The position numbers and the translations under genes are program-made. A stretch of 64,000 bases of DNA, taken from positions 1,426,001 through 1,490,000 of the forward strand of contig CBFDEM010000053.1 of the NCBI GenBank assembly GCA_965603825.1, in the 5' to 3' direction. This stretch comes from Blepharisma stoltei ATCC 30299 (Eukaryota > Protista > Ciliophora). Positions within the stretch are counted from its first letter, which is position 1; each line of letters begins with the position of its first letter. Of this stretch, positions 11,958-22,575 are shown in pieces. A model generated the notes under the pieces. It ran no database searches. It saw nothing but the letters and a program-made list of their open reading frames with translations, and was not told the origin of the DNA.

Positions 11958-12461
11958 ATGGAAGTTCTTGTAAAAGAAGAAAATAATAAGGTTTATGGGA
12001 TAGTTATGGAAATAGAGCTTATGCTACAGCTTAGAAGAGAGCTTAAAATTGTACCTACACCTATAGGAACTGTTGCACATGCTTCTAGCCAAAATAAATG
12101 TTTAGGGCCTCCTTTTATTTTGAACTGCTATCAATTGAGATTTTTATGGGAAAAAGGAATAATAAGCATTAATGAGCCAATTGTTGATGAAATTATATAT
12201 GAAGTTTTTAAATATTTCGCTGAAAAAAGGTGGGTTGTTAAAGAAGGACACAAGTTTGGCTGCGAATTTTTGGTATATGAGGGAGACCCAATTTCAAATC
12301 ATAGCAAATATACGGTAGCTATACAAAATGATATTCCTGCGCAAAAATTGGTGGAGCTCTGTAGGATTTCGAATTATTCTAACAAAATACTACTGGTTGC
12401 ATATTTTAATGAAAATGGGCTAAATTTTAAGAAAATTGAATGGCTGGCTGGAAAAGCGTAA
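11958..12461 (+). CDS. SEN34: tRNA-splicing endonuclease catalytic subunit, Sen34-like
   Basis: N-terminal LRRELKI..IGT....QN..LGPPFIL and catalytic domain GHKFGCEFLVYEGDPISNHSKY. Confidence 0.8.
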   Translation: MEVLVKEENNKVYGIVMEIELMLQLRRELKIVPTPIGTVAHASSQNKCLGPPFILNCYQLRFLWEKGIISINEPIVDEIIYEVFKYFAEKRWVVKEGHKFGCEFLVYEGDPISNHSKYTVAIQNDIPAQKLVELCRISNYSNKILLVAYFNENGLNFKKIEWLAGKA

Positions 12462-12516
12462 TTTTTATTTTAGAAGAGAAAAACCAATACCAAGAATAAA
12501 AAACTCAAAATAATTG

Positions 12517-13377
12517 TTATTCATTAACCATTAAGCTTTGAGCCTCAGCTGAAGTTTCGATTTCTAAAGGCACAGCTATACAGTCTCTTTCTATTCTTTC
12601 ATTCCGAACGTTTTCTCTTTCCTCTTCAATAGTCCCATCCTGAATTTCTTCAACGGCTTCGCAGCTTTCTTCCATAAAAATAGAATTCCGAGGCATCCAT
12701 CGATTTTTTCGATCATCAACCCATTTATGTTCAGGGCAAACAGATTGACAAATTCCATGCAGCCATCTATCAATTGACTTATAATGATATTTTATGTCAT
12801 AGTAATTTGTACTAACAAATTTGTAAGTGTCAAAAATCTGTACCCTACCTTTCCACCATCTGGCACCAATGGTCTGTTCTCCAGTTTCTCCTCCTAAGAA
12901 AATCTCTACATGGACCATATCATGTATTTGCTTTTTCATTTTGGGACTATAATAAGTCCCAGACAAAAATACCAAATCACCTGGCTTCATGTCTTCGTAG
13001 TTTACATAGTCTAAGGTATCAGACTGATAGGCTTGGTTCCATCTGCATAGGGTAAATCCAAATTCTGAGCTCAAATCAAAAACTACTTGCCTTACAAGTC
13101 CACAGCAATCTAAAAATAAAGGACTGTTATAAGCGTCTGTCCCTGGCTCATGATATCGTTGGGCATAAGGAGTCCCAATATAATGCTTTGCTCTATCAAT
13201 AAATTTTTGTCTTAATTGATTTCTGAACTCTGGGTCTTCACGATTATAATTATTATTTTTAATTGTAAAACTTCGGTTTTTAATTTCTCTTTTTTTCGCT
13301 TGCAAAAATTTGGAAAAAGAGTCTTGAAGCGACTCTGTATTATCCATGCAGACAATGAGATTTTCTTTTTCTTCCAT
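12517..13377 (-). CDS. NlpC/P60 papain-like Cys-His peptidase/amidase
   Basis: AKHYIGTPY, LDCCGLV (catalytic Cys), MKPGDLVF and HVEIFLG (catalytic His). Confidence 0.8.
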   Translation of the reverse strand: MEEKENLIVCMDNTESLQDSFSKFLQAKKREIKNRSFTIKNNNYNREDPEFRNQLRQKFIDRAKHYIGTPYAQRYHEPGTDAYNSPLFLDCCGLVRQVVFDLSSEFGFTLCRWNQAYQSDTLDYVNYEDMKPGDLVFLSGTYYSPKMKKQIHDMVHVEIFLGGETGEQTIGARWWKGRVQIFDTYKFVSTNYYDIKYHYKSIDRWLHGICQSVCPEHKWVDDRKNRWMPRNSIFMEESCEAVEEIQDGTIEEERENVRNERIERDCIAVPLEIETSAEAQSLMVNE

Positions 13378-13401
13378 TTTTAAATTATGAAAATGTGTTA
13401 T

Positions 13402-15741
13402 TTATTGTCTTTTTTGTTTTTTCTTTTCTTTTAAAACTTTTAATTTTTTGAAATCGTCTTGGCTTATAGGCGGCTCGATTTTTTTGGCAAAAAGGTCGTC
13501 CCAATTAATGTCTCTGAAAAAACTATGTTGCTTTACTTGCTGAATACTGGGACGCTCCTCTGGGTTTTTATTCATTACTAAATTAATTAAATCTTTGGCA
13601 TCTGGGTCTATCCCTTCAGGGAATTTTATTCTTGATTTAGATATCCGTTGATATAAAACAGTAATATTTTCTGTATAAAAAGGAGGCTGCCCTACAAGCA
13701 TTTCATATAAATTAGCACCTATACAATAAACATCAGCTGGCTTCCAAGCACCTGTTTGAGCCAGAAGCTCAGGTGGCAGATAAGCTGGAGATCCACAAAA
13801 TGACATAGCAGGGTTGCTCTCAGTAACATTTTCCTTGGCCAAGCCAAAATCTGCTAATCTTATATGGCCAAATTCATCGACTAGGATATTCTGAGGCTTT
13901 AAATCACGATATACAATGTCCATAGAGTGCAAGTGCTCTATAGCTAATATAGTTTCTGCTATGTAAAATTTAGAAATTTCAGTGCTTAAGTAATGAGCAT
14001 GCTCTAATATAAGAGACAGATCTCCATTTGGACAGTATTCTAAAGTCATAAATAAATGTCTATTAGTTTGGAATGCCCAGTATATAGGTATAATGAATGG
14101 ATGCCTGATGGATTTTAATATCTTGCACTCTGCAATTGCATATTTTAGTTGCTTTTGAGATTTTAGCATGGTTTTGTTCAAGACTTTCAAAGCATAAATC
14201 TCTTGGTTGTCTTTTTTGATGACTTTATAAACATGCCCAAAGCTTCCTGAGCCGATTTCTTCGACAACGTCAAAGCTGTCTTCATTGATATGTCTTCCTT
14301 CATTATATTCAACGGCTTCTTCTTCAAAGCTTTCTCGATGCTCAAAGCTTGCCATCTGTATAGGAATTCGGTTTTCTTCTTGATTCTCAAGCCATTCTCT
14401 ATTCTCTGGACGATGGATATATAGATGGAAGAAATTTATGCACTCATATAGCCGAGTTATTCACTCTGCCGATTTATCTTTCGAATTTGTATAATATTTC
14501 AATGTGATGTCACGAGTGCTCACAACAAAATAAAATTTATCTTCGGACATAGTAGATGTAACACTTTTAACTTCTTGTATATCCACAAATGGTATAGAGA
14601 TGTCAGGCTGTATGCCTTCTAAATATGCATTTTTATTGTTATAGTGGATAAAAGTGCCATTTTGTGTATCAATTACTAGAAATACAAGCTTGTCATTAAT
14701 TTGCCAGGATGAAATAGAGTAGACTTCACCGTTGAATCCTGCAGGTCTTTCGTGATTTTTTTGGCCGTATTTTTCTAATAGTTCTTCACCGATGTACTTG
14801 GGTATCAATTCAGCAATGTCAATATTTGTGGCTAGTTCCAATGCAGTTTTTCCGTAAGGATCTTCAAGCTTGGTAGTAGCTCTTTTGTCAAGCAGGAGTC
14901 TGACTATTTCTGTATGCCCCATTAATGAAGATAAATGAAGGCCAGTTCCTCGTTCTGCAGTCATTTTATTTATCTGTATATAAGGTTGGTTCAACAGTAG
15001 CTCAACGCAGTCTTTATGACCTTGGTAGCAAGCTATTTGTAAAGGAGTTCAATGATCGTCAGTCTCAATATTACAATTAACTCCGAGCTCAATTAATTCT
15101 TTTACTATATTAGCATGGCCCATATAGCAAGCGAAATGAATGCAACTTCATTTTCCATTATGAGGCGAATTTAAAAACTCAGTAACATCTTCCACAAGTA
15201 CTCGCATATTTCTCTTTCTCATATAATCTTTCAGCACTGAAAATAAATCTCGGACTTTTCCTTCTTGGCATGCAAGAACACACTGAGTTAGTCATGGCTC
15301 ATACTCTACGCTTGGGCTTTCAATCTCTTCATGCTCTATAATTTTTTCTACACTAGAAGGGGTAAGGGAGCCTCTTTCTTGAACATGAGCTACTGGAGCA
15401 GGATTAAAAACTGGCTGAGCAGTCCGACTTCTCACTGCTTTTCTATCATCTTGTGTTGGCTGAGGAGCGATAGGATTTTCTGTTTCTTTCTAAGTAACAT
15501 TTACAGCTTCTAAGAAGATTTCAGTTCCATTATGTACATTGAATAGAGAAATTTTTGATGAAGTTGGAAGTAAAACCTAAATGGGAAATACTTTTGCTCC
15601 TGAGCTGATCAAGCTTAATTTCTGAAGGTGAGGAGGGACAAGAGTTAATCTAGCGACTTCATCTTTGAGATCTTTGACTTTGGTATTAGGCTCCACATTA
15701 AGTTCAAATACTCGATCTCCGAATTTGATAGTGATTTTCAT
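13402..15741 (-). CDS. Multidomain AGC Ser/Thr kinase: ubiquitin-like + ankyrin repeats + PH-like + kinase (769 aa, two introns)
   Basis: ATG 15741 begins MKITIKFGDRVFELNVEPNTKVKDLKDEVARLTLVPPHLQKL (UBL). Two 15-nt introns follow. Ankyrin repeats KWSCIHFACYMGH and HWTPLQIACYQGH have W encoded by TGA. The PH C-terminal helix is SAEWITRL (W = TGA 14461-14463). Kinase motifs GSGSFG, YRDLKPQN, DFG, SFCGSPAY. One continuous frame. Confidence 0.88.
15490..15504 (-). other. 15-nt spliceosomal intron
   Basis: gtaaatgttActtag on the minus strand; ends in an in-frame TAG. Confidence 0.85.
15577..15591 (-). other. 15-nt spliceosomal intron
   Basis: gtatttcccAtttag on the minus strand; ends in an in-frame TAG. 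Confidence 0.85.
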
Positions 15742-15849
15742 TACAATCAATTATTAATTTTGCTATTTTCGATTTTCTAATGAATAAAAAAATACTAACT
15801 TGTTTAAGTATAAATTTAATATAAATCCTTCCTAATCACAATTTCGCCT

Positions 15850-16335
15850 TTAAATCACTATACACGAACATATATCATTTTTCATTCCATCTCTTTTACT
15901 CAGTGCTTCTAGACTGTTCTGATACTGTAAAAGCTGTGACGCAAACCCATTGTTTGGCTGTGCTTCTGGGTGCTTCTTTTTCACGATCTCCAGCCCTTGT
16001 GTAAATCCAATATTTTTCGTCTTCATTAAATATGCAATTAAAATTGTGGGAGCTCTTGAAATTCCAGTATCACAATGAATAAGAATTTTGCCTTTTTGCT
16101 TCAGGCAGTTTGTTATAAAATCATTGCACTCTTCGAAATATTGATGAATATTGCATGATGCAAGATCGTAAATGTTAATTTGTTTGTAAGTGTAGTTATT
16201 TGGGAAACGCTGCGCTAAACCTTCGCCTACAATTAAAATGTGAGTTATTTCATGATGCTGAAGCAAAACTATATTTGAGGCTGCATCGTAGTTTCCAATG
16301 AAAATTCCAGGTAACACCTTATTGATTGTATACAT
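15850..16335 (-). CDS. Atypical dual-specificity protein phosphatase with C-terminal CaaX-like motif
   Basis: GIFIGN, ITHIL, CX5R motif IHCDTGISRAPT, AYLM, PNNGF; ends CSCIVI. Confidence 0.92.
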   Translation of the reverse strand: MYTINKVLPGIFIGNYDAASNIVLLQHHEITHILIVGEGLAQRFPNNYTYKQINIYDLASCNIHQYFEECNDFITNCLKQKGKILIHCDTGISRAPTILIAYLMKTKNIGFTQGLEIVKKKHPEAQPNNGFASQLLQYQNSLEALSKRDGMKNDICSCIVI

Positions 16336-16358
16336 TTATGTCAATTTTATTAGGACTT

Positions 16359-17837
16359 TTAAAAAATTAAGCACGCTTTGGATTTTTTAGCATCTTTGGC
16401 TTTTTGTTGGATTTTTTCAGCAGCCTGATTTTCTGTTGCGGCAAGCCGAGATTCAGCGTTTCTTGCTAACTGGCCACCCAGCTCATTTTCAATTTTTTTC
16501 ATGGCTTCTTCTGCGATATTTATTTGCATTTCTGGACTCACGCCTTGTCCATAGCTTTGTTTAAAGTTATGGTCACTCATTTTCCTTACAGTTGTCTGCT
16601 TTACTGTATAATTTTGATCTTCAAACTCCACCTGCTTTTTCCAAACTTCTTCTTTTACTTCTCTTCAGAGCTTTGGATTTGCTTGGGCAATTTCATATAA
16701 TTTTCCGGTGAAATCGATATTTGCTCGTTTATCCCTTAAATATTTTTTCTTTTCTTCTTCGAGTTTTAATTTTCTTTGCCTTATGCTCTCCAGCCTTTCT
16801 TTTTCCATTTCTTGAACTCTTTGCTTCCACTCATTAACTCTAATCACATCTAAAGCGACATCTTCGCCTAAGTTCTTTTTGGTTCTAATAATAGCTGCAT
16901 ATTCGTTGAGTTTTTCAAGTTCAATTTCCATTGCTCTTTTGAACGCAAAAAAATCGTCTTCAAGCTGGTCTATTTGGATTTTCATTAATTTTATAGCTGT
17001 GTCTTTAACTTCTCGCTCGTGCTCTATAAGCTCGCTTATACTGTGCTGAGATTTGACAACGATTTGGTCCAAATCATAGTTTTCTTCCATGTCTTCTAGC
17101 ACATCTCTAATATAGTCTTTTACAAGCAGCCCGTCTAAGTTTACGATATTTTTGAACTTTAGGATACGAAATCTGTAAGTAGGATCGTAAGAAACTGGAT
17201 TATTATACAAAGACAAGTTTTTCAGCTTCGGCAAATGAGAAACCGCTACGATAACATCATCTAAATTTCCTATCGAATTTGTATGAGCTTGAAGCTCTCC
17301 AATTTGTGTATCTATTAAGGCTAGATGATTTATATCAGGAATTTGGTTTTGTTCAATTCTTAGCTCTTTTAAATAAAGCATTCCCTCAAGTCCTTCTATA
17401 GCAGATATCTGGTTTCCATACAAGTAAAGCAACTTCATGCTTCTTAAATGGCTGATTCGCTCTATCCGAGATATTTGGTTCATGCTGAGATCTAGGGCGT
17501 TTAAATTGCGATTTCCTTCTAAATTTTCAATTTTTGTAATTCTGTTGCGTGATAAACGTAAAACTTGTAAAGCAGAAAGATTATCTAGGCCTTCTATGGT
17601 AGTAAGAAGATTTGTAGACAAATCAAGGTAGAGAAGTGAGGGAAATAATTCGAGATGAGGGGGAATTGTACGAATCATATTAAATGAGAGATCAAGATGG
17701 ACTAATTGCTTAGGGTTTGAGATTAGATTTGAGAGACCTTCTAAAGAAGAAATTTGTTTACTTTGGATTACAATTGCACTACCTTCCCTCCTGTCTTCAA
17801 AGCCTTTATCAACTACTTCTTTAGTTAATTTTGGCAT
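16359..17837 (-). CDS. SDS22-like leucine-rich repeat and coiled-coil protein
   Basis: Repeated LxxLxLSxNxIxxIEGL units and an LRR cap (NPV..YRFRIL..LDG). Joins ORF 16359..16631 in frame through TGA 16665-16667. Ends CLIF. Confidence 0.85.
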
Positions 17838-18239
17838 TTTATGCAAATTAATTCAAAGTTAAATAAAAATAATTTTATATTTTTATACATCCTGGTATTC
17901 AAATGCTTTATTTTAGTTGGTTTAAGCATTAAAAATTAATAAAAGACAATTTAATTAATTTTATTTATATAGATTACATAAGTATTACCATAAATGCTTC
18001 ATAGAGTCATACAAATTTTAAAATTGATTATTTACAAATTTTATATTGCAATTTAAAGTCTACTTCTAACTTATGCATTCTATGCTGGGAAAATTTGAAA
18101 TATTAATTCTATATAAGGAATAGTTCAGCAGATCCCATTTTTTATAAATGTATTATATGAAAAATTCCCGCAAATAATAAAACCATTTTTAAGCTTATAA
18201 AATTATTTAACAGCATGTCTTTATAATCTATAATATAAG

Positions 18240-18641
18240 ATGGGCAAAAAATTAAAAATAACCAGAGTTACGTCAAATCCTCAAAGGGCAATAGTTAGAA
18301 GCACGGTGCGAGAAGATGTGGAAGAGAGCCAAAATTCTAAACCCAAGGAATTTAATCGTATTAAATACCGCCAAACCACGTTAGATGGTAAATTTGTGAA
18401 AGAGAAACCTTCAAAGCCAAAAACAAAAAAAAGCTATGAAATAGACCTAAGCGAAAATGAGCAGATAATTATTGAATTAGAGACAGATAGTAAAAAGAAA
18501 TGTTGCAAGTGTAATGAGCCTGCAGTTATGAGAACGATCAGGCATGGTCAAAATTCAGGAAGAAGATTCTGGGGCTGTAAAAATTATGGGGACAAGAATT
18601 TTTGTGGCTTCTTTGAGTTTGAAGAAGAATTCCTGGAATAG
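18240..18641 (+). CDS. Small GRF-type zinc finger protein
   Basis: CKC..AVMRT...GQNSGRRFWGC......CGFFEF matches the zf-GRF pattern. Confidence 0.85.
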   Translation: MGKKLKITRVTSNPQRAIVRSTVREDVEESQNSKPKEFNRIKYRQTTLDGKFVKEKPSKPKTKKSYEIDLSENEQIIIELETDSKKKCCKCNEPAVMRTIRHGQNSGRRFWGCKNYGDKNFCGFFEFEEEFLE

Positions 18642-18793
18642 ATACCTTCAAGCTCTTTAGTTCATTTTAATAAAAATAAACCTGCAAAGCAATTTATATT
18701 GTTATAAAATTAGATTATAAGGATTAATAAAAATTAATTTAAATTAAAATTCTTCATTTTTATTACAATGTCTACAATTATCTAAATACTTTC

Positions 18794-20011
18794 TTAAATA
18801 TGATTATATCTGTTTATCTCTCTTCTGAACAAATCTCTTAACGTCTGCATGTCGATATCAGTATCTCTATCAAAAATAAAATCAGCAGGCGTTTCTGCCA
18901 GCCTCTCCAAATTTGGATCTCTAATCATAGCAAAATAAGGATGCTGCAAGGCTTGATCAAGAGTAATTCTTCTATGAGGAGAAAATGTTAAAAGCCTTTG
19001 CAGCAAATCAATTTCTTCTGCAGTGCATGCTGGGAAATATTCTCTCAAGTCTTTAGAGGGGATGAAAGGAAATGATTGTACATATCTAATTGCTTTTTCG
19101 TCTGAAATAAATCTTAAATCCTCTGCTGAAGGAGTTCCGATTATTTGAAAAATCACATTTAATTGGTCGCTCTCAGAACAGGGATACCCTGCTCTCATGT
19201 TGGCTGTATTTAAATCTGGGGAAAGAGGAAAGCAACTTTTTCCTGGGAATAATGGGCATCTTTCTATGAATTCCTGATTATTTTCTCTTATCATTTGCAG
19301 CATTTCTGCGAAAACGCAACCTAAGCTCCAAACGTCCATTTCTTTTCCATATTCTTTTTCAAGCAAAATCACTTCAGGAGCTCTATACCAGCGTGTAACG
19401 ACATGGCCTGTTAAAATCCTTTTAAATCCTTTTTGAAACCCTCTAGCGTTCATATCTCTTTCTTCATTCATATTATTTTCAGCTTGACTTTCGAAATTCT
19501 GATTCAAGCTTCTATATGATCTTGATAGTCCAAAATCACATATTTTGAGGGTGCAATTGGAATTAATTAGAATATTTGCAGGCTTAATATCACGATGCAG
19601 CACATTTGCAGAGTGCATATAGCGCATTCCACAGACAGCTTGGTACATGAGGTGCTTTATATGGTTATGTTCGAGATATGTAGGAGATTTTGAGAGTTTT
19701 TTAAGGTCGGCTTCGGCATGCTCCATGACGATGTATACATTATTGAACTCTTGAGATGCGCTTGGGGTAAAAATATTGACGATTTTGATGATATTGATGT
19801 GATTAAGAGTTCTCATGATAGAAATCTCTCTAAGCATGTGCTTTGCCTCTATAACATCATCGAAAAGAGCTTTGACATTTTTGATGGCAACTCTTTGGTT
19901 AGTTTGAAGATCGATAGCTTCACAAACTGAGCCATAGGTTCCTTTTCCAATACGCCGAACAAGTCGGTATCGTGGCCCAACCTCCCAGTTTGGAAGCTTA
20001 GTATTGATCAT
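18794..20011 (-). CDS. Atypical MAP kinase with TGH activation loop (alveolate MAPK2 type)
   Basis: GKGTYG, LREI, HRDIKPAN, ICDFGL, LTGHVVTRWYRAPE, and the PLFPGKSCFPLSP insert. Confidence 0.93.
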   Translation of the reverse strand: MINTKLPNWEVGPRYRLVRRIGKGTYGSVCEAIDLQTNQRVAIKNVKALFDDVIEAKHMLREISIMRTLNHINIIKIVNIFTPSASQEFNNVYIVMEHAEADLKKLSKSPTYLEHNHIKHLMYQAVCGMRYMHSANVLHRDIKPANILINSNCTLKICDFGLSRSYRSLNQNFESQAENNMNEERDMNARGFQKGFKRILTGHVVTRWYRAPEVILLEKEYGKEMDVWSLGCVFAEMLQMIRENNQEFIERCPLFPGKSCFPLSPDLNTANMRAGYPCSESDQLNVIFQIIGTPSAEDLRFISDEKAIRYVQSFPFIPSKDLREYFPACTAEEIDLLQRLLTFSPHRRITLDQALQHPYFAMIRDPNLERLAETPADFIFDRDTDIDMQTLRDLFRREINRYNHI

Positions 20012-20168
20012 TTTAATTATATAGCTGACATTTTCAGCATTGATTTGTGACTGATTTTTTTTAAAATGTACTCTTTATAAATTATATAAAACATTTTCTT
20101 ATTTCTGAGATTTTGAATACTCTTTATTGTGGCTCTTATTCTTTCTAAATAATTGAATTATTGCTAAA

Positions 20169-21557
20169 ATGGCATCAAATCATATTCAAGCTCAACTAGA
20201 TTCTCTTAACCTGCCCCAAAAAACTGTTGATTCAATTTCCCAACATATTTCTGACATCTTAGTCTCAGTTTTCACAGCTTTTAAAGCAAAAGCCCTCTTC
20301 AAGCCACCTTCAGTTCCAAAGAAACTGAAACACCTTTCAAATTCACGTCAAACTCCCTCCCCTACTCTCAACGAAAAAATAAATAAGCTTGATTCTTCAT
20401 TAGAAGAAATTGAGAAAACTAAAGCAGCTAAAAAACTTGCAAAAAAACTAGCTAAAGAAATGCAAGAGAGAGAAAAACGAAGGCTCGAAAGAGAAAAAGA
20501 AATGCTTGTTAAAGAAGAACAAGAAAGGCTAGAATACGAAAGGCTTAAAGAGCTAGCTTTGAAGCAGGAAGAAGAAAAAAAAGCACAAAGGCTAAAGGAG
20601 TTAAAAGAAAAATCAGATGCAAGAAAAAGAGAAATCGCAACAATGAAAGAAATAGGAGAAACTGAATATAAAAAAGTTATATCAGAAAAACCATTATTTA
20701 AAAAGATCCAAGATAATTATCAGCAATCTGTCCTTATGCCAGAGCTAGAAAAGAAAAAAGCAGAACTAGCAAAAAAACGAAATTTATTTAAGCCTCTAGA
20801 CCATTATGATTTAGTTGAGCATTCACGACATCATGATGAAATTATGCAAGAGTTTGATGAGCGCAGAAAGCAAAATCTGAAAAATAGGTCTTTAGAGCAT
20901 AAAATGAATGCAGCGTCTTTAAGCTTGAAATCAAGATTTACTGATACAATTTTAGAAGAAGAAAAAAAGAAAAAAGAAGAATTTGAGAAAGAAGGAATAA
21001 ATAAAAAAATTTTGTATGATAAAAAGCTTCAATATGCAGAGCTGGTTAAGGAAATGTTTCAGCCTTCTATTGACCCTTATAAGAAGCATGAAATGCAGCT
21101 TATTGTGGAAAGGCTAAAGCATAATGCAATAGTAAGGTCTACTATTTATACCAAATCATCTAGGAGTGTATCTGAGCGAAGATCAGATAGTTCTAGAGAA
21201 AAAGAGACAAAATCTGTTTTGGGTAAAAAATGAAAAGAAAATCCTATGATTCCTAAACCAAAACCCAAAAGGGAGCCCATTTTTGTGGATTATTTAGGAG
21301 AGAGAAGGAAACTAAGGGGAAGCGAGCCGAGATCAGAAATACAAAAAATTGATTGAGAAGATGACCTTTATGATGAAAATTTAACAGAAGAAGAAAAGGC
21401 TGAAAAATTAAAAGCAAAAGCAGCCATGATGGAAAAAATAGCCAAGAGGAACGAGACTAAGATAAATGGAGCAAATAGTCTGGAAGTGGCAGACCAAGTA
21501 GATGAAATGTATATCAACTCAATCAAAGCAAAATTGGCTGTTTTAGAAAAAGTTTAA
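20169..21557 (+). CDS. Hypothetical Glu/Lys-rich coiled-coil protein (462 aa)
   Basis: Reads through TGA 21231-21233 and 21354-21356 to TAA 21555-21557; ends MYINSIKAKLAVLEKV. Confidence 0.8.
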
Positions 21558-21567
21558 AATGAGATTA

Positions 21568-22575
21568 TTAATTATCATTAATTCTATTTATATTGATTCT
21601 TGTACTTTTAATCATGTCAACTGCTAGAGAGTTAATTTGTTTATTTTCTTTCAAACATTTAATAATGTTTTTCGACTCTTTTATAATGATGCTTGTTAGG
21701 AGATTCCGTCTTTCATAATTTTTGGCAATATCACTAAAGCAATTTGCCAAATAAGCTTCTCCAGAATTAATTAATCTTTCATGAATTTCATCGACCACAG
21801 CCCTGGGATAAACATCAAAGTCTAAGTACGCAGCTTGATGGATTCCCCCTTTTCAAGATCAGAACATCTTAAGCCTTTCTTCAGAAAAAGCAGATTTTGC
21901 ATCACTTCACATGATTTCTTTTTGATTAGTAAGGATGCATTTCTGGCACACTGGTCTTTTCTTTACATGGCACCGATATATTAGTTCATAAGATTTTTCG
22001 TGACATATATGGCATCTCATATAAATTGCTTGAAAATATTCTTCTCTTACTAGACTTTTTAATTGGCATTTTTCCCCAAAATCTCTATACATAAAAAAAC
22101 ATCAAATTTCATCGCTCCAGCAAATCTCATAAAACTCTTTATTTACTAAAGAAATCGCTCAAAGCACTTCTTTATAATTCAAAAATTTAAATACCTCTAG
22201 CCAAGGTCTTCTAAGATTTGTACGAATTTTACCTTGTAGAGCTTTATTTATCGTCATCTGCTCTAGATGTGTTGAGTTTAAGCTGGAATTTCAATTTTGA
22301 ATTCATTGAATTATTTCAGTGTCATAGATCTCTTGAGGTATCGTCAAAGGTATCAGCATTTTGAAATCGACAGGATTTACACATTTTACATGGAAAGTCC
22401 TGGTTTCTATTTGAAAAATTAATTTTACTCCTATTTGTATCATAATGTCATCGTTGATTGCTTCATTGCATTGATAGCAATATTCACATGTATCATTTTC
22501 TTCTCGCTTTATGAGAGAGATGCCTTGGATTATGCTTCGGGTTTGCCTGAATTTTTCTATACTCAAATAAGCCAT
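21568..22575 (-). CDS. F-box-like protein with flanking Cys/His clusters (start codon uncertain)
   Basis: Three track ORFs share one frame and join through seven TGA codons. RPWLEVFKFLNYKEVLWAISLVNKEFYEICWSDEIWCFF is F-box-like. CxxC..HxxC lies before it and CxxC..CxxC after it. Confidence 0.7.
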
